A model generated the notes under the pieces. That model made no database searches. It saw nothing but the letters and a program-made list of their open reading frames with translations, and had not been told where the DNA came from. Shown here piece by piece: positions 53,418-64,000 of a stretch of DNA of 64,000 nucleotides (positions are counted from its first letter, which is position 1; every line of letters starts with the position of its first letter). Source of the DNA: Kudoa neothunni (lineage: Eukaryota; Animalia; Cnidaria); contig OZ199838.1 in NCBI GenBank assembly GCA_964304625.1, forward strand, positions 4,241,354 through 4,305,353, read 5' to 3'. A program made the position numbers and the translations under genes.

Positions 53418-54538
53418 CTAGCGCGAACTGCCAGCGTGGCTTGGGAAGATTTCGCATAGAGATGTTTATTAATAGCATTCAAAAAAGATATTAATATTTC
53501 AAATTAACCTATAAATTCAATAAAGTTAAAAAAAATTTTAAGCTTTAAATTTGAACGACTGTGAATATGAAATTTAAATTATGATCATTTCTGTGCAGTA
53601 GTCTATCAATCCCGGCGTTCATTTAAAAATTTCGAGGCCCGGCACCAAAACTAAATAATTTACCGTCAGTGTCGTATTTAATTTGCATCCCCGAATTATT
53701 TAGACCCCGTTAAAATGCTACCCTAAACGTTATTTTTGGCAGGCTCCGAAAGTTTGTGCACCACTGTTTACGTGAGAAAAATAAATAGAAGAAGATATAG
53801 AGATAGAAGAAAATAAACTTTATTACTCAAATTAATATCCTTTGGCCCTGGAAGATCTTAATGCATTTTTTCGCATAAACAGCCGCAAATCGTGTCAACT
53901 TCAACATAAAAATTTTAAGTAATTGGGTTAAATAAAAGTACAGTCATCTACATTAAATTTAATCACAGAAAATTAGACTTAGCGGGTGATTTTAACGAAA
54001 TCTACGGACACAATCCTTGCATTACAACGCATCAATCAATCTGATTACAGCGTGCACTATCAACTCGCTATTATTAATGTAAATACAGACCTTTTCTCAT
54101 ATTTTAAACCATTAATGGAACTTTAACATATATTTATCAAGTCATATACGTTCAAACTCCAGACAAAAGAGGCGTATATGCGCAAAACCCCAAATACACA
54201 CGACAACATTATATAAAAAGTCAGATAGCAGAAGTTAATCAACATTTGATAGAGCGTACAAAGGGGAAAATTAACTTCAACAGACCTTCACCATGACACA
54301 GGTCGTGTTAATCCTATTGCTGAACCCAAGTAATCCGATAAACAAACTTTGAATCGACAAAATCACCATTTTCTAAACACTTTTGAGAATATTTAATGGT
54401 GTTAAACAATTTAAAGATTTTTGAAACATTATGCTTTCTAAAAAATTTCGTAAGTGTCTCTCTATAGGGAAAAAATTTTTGTCACACATGCGCACTTGCT
54501 GACACACACGAACACTTCAGCTTTATATATATAGTAGA
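53418..54538 (-). mobile_element. Non-autonomous Helitron-like element H3
   Basis: Canonical termini on the minus strand: A|TCTACTATATATATAAAGCTG ... GCCACGCTGGC...GCGCTAG|T. Confidence 0.6.
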
Positions 54539-55308
54539 TAGATATATGTATATCAAGACTAACATTTGTTTATAGAGTATAAGGAAGAATCTTAACTTAA
54601 GATGGTTATCGCTCTCAATAATACTTATTTTAATCCTTTTATTTAATCGACTAATCCGTTCAACAGATTTAACAGATTTAACACCTATAAAATCTTTTTT
54701 TATAAATGCTTTTTGAGCTTATGGGGACTTTAAAAGAATTGAAAGAATTGTCACAATATTAAAAAGCATTAAAAATACCAAAAATAGCTCTCTTTCTTTA
54801 AGTAAGGTGTTGGCGCTTGCGCGATTTTTGCAACCAAATTTATTTTCACTGTAGATTCGTGTGTATGTATGTATATATAGATAATATCTAATCAAATACA
54901 TTAATGTTTGTAAATACTTTTTAATTTTTAATTTCACGTTTAGAAAAATTAATTCAAAACAAATTTATTATGATTATTATTTTTGGCTCAATAAATAATT
55001 TTATTTTTAAACTTTTATCAGTATAATTTTGCTCATACGCACTTATTGATCTGATTTATATGTAAAACCTATTGCATTCGAAAGTTTTAAAAGAAATTTA
55101 TTATGTTACAAAAACTGAAACACAATCGAGAAAAGATATATACTTACGTATGGACAAATAATAAAGAAATATTAGCGAGGAGGCGACCAAAGATAAGAAA
55201 AAATAGAATAAATCATAAAAAAGATAGAAATGATTGTGTTCTAACTAAATTTTAAACCTATACATTTATTTCGAAATCTGATGAAATATTAAATTGGGGT
55301 TGACGATG

Positions 55309-57361
55309 TCATTGTTCCTTTGAATTGGAACTGGCTTCAGACGATAGATTTCGATAATCTATCATTAGATCCCTTCTACTTATAGCAGCTTGAATTCGAG
55401 GTACGTAGAACCCTTGGAAAGGTTTGGACGTGGTATTATTGTCATATTCATCGAGTTCACTTGAGGTGGACAGAGACGAATCGACATTTATAAGTCTGTC
55501 AAATCTTGAGAGAGGTAGAGGCGAGTCTGTGGTAATAGGAGTGACTTCGAAACGTCTCTTTTTATGTGGGGTCACAGTCTTTTCTGGTTGTTCAGGTTTT
55601 TTGATGGCTCTCACAGCAACACTTTGGTTGGTTGCAACACTCCTGATGGCCAATTTTCTAAGAAGCTTTCTTTCAGTTGGTTGTAACGCATAGTTTAGCC
55701 GGGTTTCCAACGCTAATTCGGAAGGATCAGGGAAACTCTCGGTGACATGATAGTAATGCGGTTCAAGGTAGGTCATAAAAAAGACACGACCACTTCCTGG
55801 AGAATTGTGTGGAGTGAAATCATCAATTATAAATTTGGAGAGATTTCCATGGGTTTTTCCGGCATGAATAAGCAAAATTTTGGAGTTGATTACATTGCAG
55901 ATGGCAGCAATCGAAATCCAGTCTCCCCACACATTAGGGTCTCTCACGTTTGTAATTGCACGTTCCAACTTGTGGAAAGGGTATTTGACGGGATTCTTGG
56001 TGTCGAAGCCTTCAGAAGGATGGACCACGGCAATAACATCAAGTATCAATCTAAGTACAGTTTTGGAGTAATTTACACAATACCAAACTATACTTGTAAT
56101 AAGAACGATTTTTGATCAACTCATCCACAATCAGCTCTCTGATTGATTGGTTACAAAAGTGAGTCTCAAAAACGTTACATCTTTTCACTATACATTCCAA
56201 ACAACCGTAGAGGTGGCCTTTGTTTTGTTGGTTTGGTATTTCACACAATCCAAGCTCATAAATCATGTAACGCACCACTAGCACCCCCTCGTCAAATTTG
56301 TGCAAACGAGAGAGGTATCGCTCTTTCTTTTTTATCACGTCAGGATCCTCCACAAGATCAACCTTGACTTCAGACACACCCATGCCGAAATCGTTCAAAT
56401 CAACATTTTGGCATTGCATGAGCACGTATTTCAGGGCGTGAAAAGTATAAAGACCATCGGGGAAATTGGTTCGCAGTAAAGACACACAAAATACAAAATC
56501 CTGTATGCCAGGTAATCCTTTGAATCTGTCGTAATTCTCGTCACTGGAAAAAACATCCAAATTTTTCTTGAAAGACACACTGAAAAAGGTGGCATACAAT
56601 GACAGACAAAAGATGATCAGCAACGCAAACAAATGGAATATCATCACCCCAAAGATATAGACAGATGGTGATGCATCACAACTAAACATTTGGGATGATT
56701 TATTGTATGTGGGATAATCAATAGAACATGAGTAGGTGGTGTTTCCAAAATTGGACATCCATATCCACATAATGGTCAAAAATATTGATACAAAACAGAT
56801 AAAACTTAATAGTCGGCATTTTTTCAAATACATTTTCATAATGTAACTTCGCTCAAGAAACATAAAAATAATTCGTTCGTGTAACATTTTCACTTTGTCT
56901 TTATTTTGATATTCATGATCGAATGATGGCAACACACGATTACTAGGAGAATTCTTGTGAAATGCTGGCGAAAGGGTTGCTATTTGATTGAACAAGGTGC
57001 AAAATGTGCTCAATTTGGTCACAACTGAAGGTATCTTGCTCCATAATATATGAACTATCAGCAATACTCCAAAGTTGATAAGAATAAAATATGGATAGAA
57101 AATAAGTAGACGAGGTCCGAAGGTCATTTGGCATTTGGAACTGATGTATCTTGATTCACTCAAACTGAATCCACTTGTGTCATCGGAGCTAGGCACACAC
57201 ACCAATCCTCCAGCCTCAATTATTGTTTGAGACCAGGCTACAAAACCAATAGTAAACAAAGCCGCCAACGTTATCTCAATAAATAGTTCGGTCCATGATC
57301 GAAATTTCTGTACTGCAGGATGCACAGAGGTGTACTTTTGAAAGCTTGATAATGTGTCCAT
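55309..57361 (-). CDS. LRRC8/pannexin-like pore domain + OTU-like domain + Ser/Thr-rich tail, paralog C (intact, 669 aa, 2 exons)
   Basis: A 43-nt GT-AG intron (56093-56051) joins the two ORFs (YYK|LILD). FRSWTELF, LVCVP, YISSKC, FYPYF, LWSKIP...KL..F, CSID, FSCD and LPGIQDFVF follow LRRC8 order. OTU-like IRELIVDELIKN, WGDWISIAAICNVINSKILLI and EPHY. Confidence 0.85.
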
Positions 57362-60300
57362 ATGTTACGATGTTAGGAGGTGACCGATCTTACTACTCTT
57401 GAATATTTTAATGCATATACATATATACCAATATAGATATGGGTGTATATAGATGGATCTAATACACGGCAATTTCAGCACAAAAATCGATGCTATCTAT
57501 GGCAACGTTTGTCTTAAGGTAACAACAATCTCCAAGCTAGAATCCACCACTAAATCCTCAACCAATTCGGTAATTTCGACAAATCCAATTTTAATTCCTA
57601 TGAATGAAAAGCTTATTTACGGGTGATCGTTAACGTATTCTAAATAATAAAGCGTGTGACATGCGCATAAATATCAAATTTACTTTGCAATATTCACTCC
57701 TGAGAATTCCTAAATTTTGTGAAACCACCCGCAGCATCTGATCCTTTTTCGATCTAATGTTGCGCATCAATCAAATTAAAATGAGTCTAAAACTGTGAAG
57801 CAAAAGCATTGGGGATTGCATGATTTTTGGCAAGTCTCTCGATAACAATGAGCACAGGAGGAATTTTTTTCGATATTTAATTAAAACGTTTTAATGATTG
57901 TTGTACTAACAATTCTCAGAGTTGTAGGATTGATCCATTCAAATACCCTTTTTAATATTTAATCACCTTTTATGGAATCCAATAATGAAATCATCTCATA
58001 AAAATACTTAATGTGTATAGTGATGTCAATATAATGTATTCTTTTTGCTTTGATCGGCACCACCACTACAGTTGAGCAAAGATTCACGTTTATCTATCTC
58101 AGTTATGCTATAGTCCCAAGTATCTGTACATATAAAGATGTAAATACTATTTACATTGCGTAAGATAGCCTAATTATTTATGTTTGTATTTTACAATTGA
58201 ATTCGGTTAGAATCGATTTTAATCTAGCATTTCATTCAAAATTTTAAAGTTTTTTTATCGAAATCCATTTGGTATTTGAGGATATTAGCAATGAAAGTGA
58301 AAAGTAAAATTTATTAATATTATGATATGGGAGACATTAATTTAAAAGATTAAAAAAATATTCAAATCTAGTTATTTTATAAGAGAAAAGGTAATTGAGT
58401 CTTAAAATTAAAATATGACCAATATTATTTTAATTTTTGGAGTAAGGTAATGGTTGGTAAGAAAAATCATATAAAAACAGAAGAATTAGCCGATTTTTTT
58501 ATTTGAATACGAGAAACGTCATAAAATAATTCTACAAACTAAATCCACCAAAAGATGTTTCTAGGTCTACTAATAACTGAAATAATTTTATTTTTTAATA
58601 CTAAAAATTTGTGGATTCATAATCCTTTTCGATTTGAATATCTTAAGATTATCGAAAAATGGCGATTTTATTTGATAAATACAATATTTTTGTTTTTTTT
58701 ATTTAAGAATCTTTTTGAAAATTATTATTTTTTATTTATAAAAAAATTTCTGTGTAAATTTTTAAAGTTAAATATTTACCAGAGAAAATCTAAATTACAA
58801 ACAATCTCATCGTGAATAATTGAATTCTATGGAATAGATAATCGGATAAAAATTTCATAAATTGCCGTTTTTTAATTAAATAACTTTAAAATTTTTAATT
58901 TATCACATAAATACATTTAAAAAGTTACATATTTTTAGACAAAATATATTCAACAATAATTTACATCGCGCGCGTGCGCCAACATCAGATTATTAATTTA
59001 TTCCAAATCCGAGTTTTTTATAAGAAAACCTATTAAATAGAAGGATTTTATTTTCCATGTTAATTTAAAAAATTTAGGACGAATCATAATATTAATTAAT
59101 GAGAAAAGTAGCGATGAAAGTATTCATTAAAGTTTATTCTCTGTATGACTGTAAATTCAATTATTTACCCATGAGCTGAAAAAATTCCTTGTTTGACTAT
59201 CAAAACTTTAGACAATCGTATCTAATACGCTTGGTTACATTTACGAATTCGCAAACGCAAAATCTAACATTATTGGATTGTATGGTGACAGATCCTCCAT
59301 CTGTTAAATCGGAGAAAATTATTTTTTTATAATTTATCATAAAAATAATTGTACTCTCCGATATCATTTGAGTAAGTGTTAGATTTGAACTCCATTTCCT
59401 ACACGGGCTACACGTTGATTTTGAGATATCGTATTTAAGATGGTTTATCAATCGTGTTCATATGGAAGTTTTTTTAAAGTTCAACCCTCAATATTTTTAT
59501 TATTGTTAGATTTCGTAGAGAATATTTGAAATTACTTTCCCAATTTTATGTTTTAATTATACTTTTTAATTTAATAGTTAAGTAATGGATAGTTATTGTT
59601 TTATAGATATTTGATACAGCGAGACATATGAAGTACATTTTTCAAACTTTTTTTAAAATTAGTAATATCCTAAGAAATTAATTATTGATATAGGGTTATA
59701 TTCTAAAAACTTTGAATAAATATTACATAAATTTGATAATGAATTTACATATGATAAAATGCAATTTATCGATGTGATCCAACCGCCTGGTGACTATTCA
59801 AAGAATAGAGATCACAATATAATTCACATAAATATAATTGTTTCCAAATTTATTAACTATATATCGAAAAGTTCGTGTTTGACCTCCATGACTGCAATGA
59901 TAATTATAACATTAGTAATAAAAAAGGATGTAATTATTTACATAAATTTATCCCGCGAAAAGTTTTACAGAAGATTTAAACTAATTTGGAGAAATAATAA
60001 AATTCCGAGGAGGTATAAAAATGTTCAGACAATGTAAATACACTCTTATATATGCAATAAAAGAACTAAAAAAAATATTAAAACATGATCAAATAAAAAA
60101 GTATTTGTTTTCTTTTACAAATCGAAATAATGATGAGTAAAACGGAGAATTTTGTGTATTGTGATTAAAATAATAGACTCAGTCTACAATTTACGTTCCA
60201 GTTTGTCTCACGGCGAAATATTTATATTGAAAACAAAAAAATCAAAATAGAAAAACAACTGTCACAAAGGAACATTTAGAATATTTTATTAAAAAGTATA

Positions 60301-61535
60301 AGAAAGGTTGGTCACCAAGGGGGTGTAATCGACTGTAAAATAATTACTGACGTCTTTTTGAGATAGATGAGGTTTTCACATACGCATTTGAGGTATGTTT
60401 AATAAATATGAAATAAAAATATCGGCACGTGATTTATAAAATTTCCACCTTTTTAGAAGTTTAATTTTGGAATTTTTCCATTAATTCACTACTGTCAAAA
60501 TTTATCAATTTAACCGTAATTATTTTGAATCATTTCCTATTTTTATGACACATTTTTTATAACAGCGTCCCATGAAAAATCCTTGTTATTCGAATAATGG
60601 ACGATTGCTATAAATTTTCGAATAATTAAAATTTCTTGATATTCAAATTCAAAAATAAATAAATGAGGAAATTAAAATTTTCATCCTAATGTAATATCAA
60701 ACCATCCAAATAAATTTCGAAAACGTGCCAATTAAGTGCTCTCTTGTCAACTTCTCATTAAATTGCAAAAAATGACGAAGAATTTTGAATTAATAAAAAT
60801 TTAATTCCTTAAAAGTTGGATTTAAAAACTTTTATCAAATTTTAAGATATATTTCTCAAGCAGAAAATAAGAACATATTCGATGATGTACATTATATCAT
60901 AGATATAGCTTCAATTAACGCTTATTTATTATATATCCACGTGTATTCTGTTCTTAAATAAGAACGACTTTAAGATTAAAATAAATTTATATAGCTAGTT
61001 AAATATTAATTATAACTGTTTAAAATTATATGTATTTATAAACATTCCTAAAAGCGGTCATGATTCCAGACTTATTATAACAAATGATTCACAATAATTA
61101 AATATCTCCCTATCAGAACAATCACCACATATTACAAGAATCTACCCAACAAAGAATGTTTTTATAGATTCTCCAAATTCATCAAATACTAAATAAATAC
61201 AATAAGGTATCGATATTGCGAGGTTTCACATAGGGTAGTTGGCGTTTGTTACCACTTTTTTATTCAACATTGTAAATTTGTTGGTGTATATAATCTAATC
61301 TTTTTGGGGTAATCTAGGAGCAGATGGCGACAAAACCTAGTCATGTTGTATATGCTCTACATTCTCAATTTTAATTTAATCCAACTTAATGCATATTTTA
61401 AATATTGAATGATAAGGAACCAATGTCAAAAAAGTTATATTAAAGAATCACAATTTTCACGAGTCGGGGGTCGTCGGCGATGCTAATAACACTGCACGTG
61501 GCTGTTTTTTCTAATATAGTTGTGTTGTTGTACTA

Positions 61536-61577
61536 CAGTCGGTAACCACTAATCGCAATCCCCTCGGGGCCGGGGGA
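61536..61577. mobile_element. Possible pogo/Tigger-type terminal repeat remnant
   Basis: TA|CAGTCGGTAACCACTAATCG...CCCCTCGGGGCCGGGGG. No matching partner found. Confidence 0.3.
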
Positions 61578-62641
61578 AAATTACGAATTACATGCCAGTG
61601 GCGTCGAATTCGTAAATCTTCACACGCCTGTGCGGTAAGGTACAATGGAAACTGACTTTTATTGATTCATCGATTTAAGAATATTCATAATTTAGATCTA
61701 AACCAACAATTAATTTTTATAATAGAAGTAATAATATTAAAAAATTTTGGGTTCCATTTAATGTACGGAAAACAATTTATTGGAAACAAAAGTAACCATG
61801 TTTAGGAATCACTTAGGAGGCGTTAACTGACAGAACAGCGTGGTCCCGTCGACATATTATATTTGATCTTTCTTAAAATTTTCAAGAATTTTAAGAAGTT
61901 GAGTGTTCTAATCCGTAATGATTCTTATGGGTACCGTGCTAGCTTCGCCACGGAAACTGATTTTTTTTATGTTAAACCTATTTTTAAGGCCACGGAACTA
62001 TCTATAGCTAACATTTTTTAAATCATTTTCAGAAGAATCGATCTCATTTCTTTTGTTAATTATTTCCATGGACGACAATTCGATACTTTTCGATTTCATC
62101 CAAACGAAGCACTCATTCACACGTTGATCAGCGTCTCTAGCTTTTCCTTTCCGCATTGATCTTCGTTTAGCTAGAACCAGTTGACTTTCAAATGCCTGTT
62201 TAATTTGAATCTTTTTCTATAATGCCATTTAAAGTTTAAATATAACCTATTTTGAAGTGTTGAATAGTCTCCGCCTTTCTATTTAAGGCCGTAAACTATC
62301 ATAATATTTAATTATATTTCTCTGTAAGTATTATGAATTTGTGAATTCTTTTTTCGGACATTTAGAAATAATTACGGATTTTCGGTTATTACACAGTTAT
62401 GAAAAAATTTATTCCACAAAACAAAAACGTTACTATTATATTTAATTAAGAACTCGTAATAAATGTTATTTGATAAATTCAACCGGATGGATAAAGTTTT
62501 AAGGAAAGTTACGAATTAACGGTCATCTACTGTATATTTAATGAAATTTTTCTTATTTTCGTACATATATTCTATTTATGTGATTTATTAAGTCCAAACA
62601 TTAAAACTCGTGGTTTTGTCACATTGAATAACGTTCTAACG

Positions 62642-62676
62642 CAGTGTTTGGCAACTTTTTTCTACCGCGCCCCACC
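62642..62676. mobile_element. Possible hAT-type terminal repeat
   Basis: CAGTGTTTGGCAACTTTTTT...CGCGCCCCAC. Confidence 0.35.
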
Positions 62677-63043
62677 TTCAAATGTATTGATTTTTTAATC
62701 TAAACTGCTTATAAGTTGGAATAAAGCTTCACGTCACATGAAAATTTGAAAGTTATCAATTAATATTTCTATCCTCGTTAGAATTAAAATTAATTCGATC
62801 AGATCTAATTTAATTTATCGATTGACTTTAAAATTTAACACTTTTATTTCTTCATTCCGTCAAAATACAATGATAATGAACTTTTGGAGGATATCCTTCT
62901 CTATATTGCACCCTTTTATACCATAGTCGATTAAAATAATTCAAAAAATTTGTTATTTTTTAGATTACTCTTTTATGTGCATTTTTTCTTGTCTACGAAT
63001 TATTTTTATACTGAATCAAAAATTTAGCGACAGTAGTGTAATA

Positions 63044-63067
63044 CAGTAAAACCTCGATATAGCGAGG
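63044..63067. mobile_element. Possible pogo/Tigger terminal repeat
   Basis: TA|CAGTAAAACCTCGATATAGCGAGG. Confidence 0.45.
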
Positions 63068-63389
63068 TTTTGAGGGAATGTAATTCACCATTTACCATGC
63101 AATAACAATAGTAAGGCTCCTCGAATTATCGAGGACTCACGCACGCGCACACAATCCTTATATTTCAATTTTTTGACGAAATTGGTATCTTTTTTTGGTT
63201 TTTTTGCCTTTCAAATATTTTTTTATAAAAGATCCATAACAGGATGTAGAGAAAGAGTGAGTAAGGCCGAAGGGTTTTCTAATTGTATTGGTCGAAACTT
63301 TTAGTTGTTACGTCGAAACTGTTTGTTTTCGAAATAAAAGTCGAGGTCTCTATCGAACACACGAATTTTTAAGTTACTTATATCTAGGG

Positions 63390-63456
63390 CAGTAGTGGGC
63401 ACAACTTTTAGGAGTGCGGGCCATATTAGCGCATTTGAGAAGCTTTGAGGGCCGCA
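63390..63456. mobile_element. Possible hAT (Buster-like) left end
   Basis: CAGTAGTGGGCACAACT followed by subterminal GCGGGCCA and GAGGGCCGCA. Confidence 0.4.
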
Positions 63457-64000
63457 ATGTTTAATACGCGTTTTTTGAGAATTTAAATACTTGTGATTGG
63501 TTTTTATAACATTTTTAGTACAATAAAAAAAATAAGTATATAAATTAATCTAAAAACCCTTCCAATCAGTAAAACTTAATAAGGAATTAAATAGATTTTT
63601 TAAATATAGAAATTTTGTGATTGGCATATTATAGTAACGATTGAAATAATTACCGTTAAACTTAATAAACTTTAACTCTAACTGAAATTATGAAAATTTA
63701 ATATTATTCATGAAGTAGACATTAAATTTTTAAACAATAACTTAGATATAATTATTTCATAATTAGTTTAAACATGGCATTCAATATGATATATCGTACT
63801 CTAAAATAAGCCTAAGTTATAAATATGAGTATAATAAATTTTGCCCAAAAAATTACATTTATGATATTTTAGATTATACAAAATATATTGTGAACTAAAT
63901 GTCACCAACGCATAGATGTAATTTTCTTAAAATTTATTACGAAAGATATCAATTCCAAAGTATGATCTAAATAACTTAAAATTACAAAAATCGTAATTTT

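Noticed and set aside
57493-57506. X-box-like GTTGCCATAGATAG upstream of channel paralog C
   Set aside because: Only one good half-site, and not seen upstream of paralogs A or B.
59150-61320. Short ORFs vaguely resembling pogo or Merlin transposase fragments
   Set aside because: Too degenerate to assign; no intact catalytic motifs.
1-64000. CRISPR arrays, rRNA genes or prokaryotic operons
   Set aside because: No regularly spaced repeat-spacer array or rRNA-like sequence was seen, and spliceosomal introns and eukaryotic transposons show the window is eukaryotic.

Overview
AT-rich eukaryotic (probably compact metazoan) DNA with short GT-AG introns (26-154 nt), dominated by transposons. The cellular genes are an initiator tRNA-Met, a 7-exon PIP4K-like gene with degenerate catalytic motifs, SNU13 (15.5K), and three paralogous genes whose N-terminal half is an LRRC8/pannexin-type 4-TM pore domain but whose C-terminal half is an OTU-like domain lacking the catalytic Cys, in place of leucine-rich repeats. 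Mobile DNA comprises an apparently intact piggyBac plus about 9 decayed or non-autonomous piggyBacs, a Ty3/gypsy pol fragment, nested Merlin (IS1595-like) elements, three co-oriented non-autonomous Helitrons and hAT/Tigger-like ends. Two systems stand out. (1) Two head-to-tail, very large RLE-type non-LTR retrotransposons sit at the initiator tRNA gene. The tRNA 3' half (from position 39) lies at the 5' end of each, so the tRNA stays intact. Their ~1,400-aa Asn-rich N-terminus has no recognisable zinc finger or Myb domain. (2) The LRRC8-pore + pseudo-OTU channel family. All family assignments come from manual motif recognition; no database search was run.
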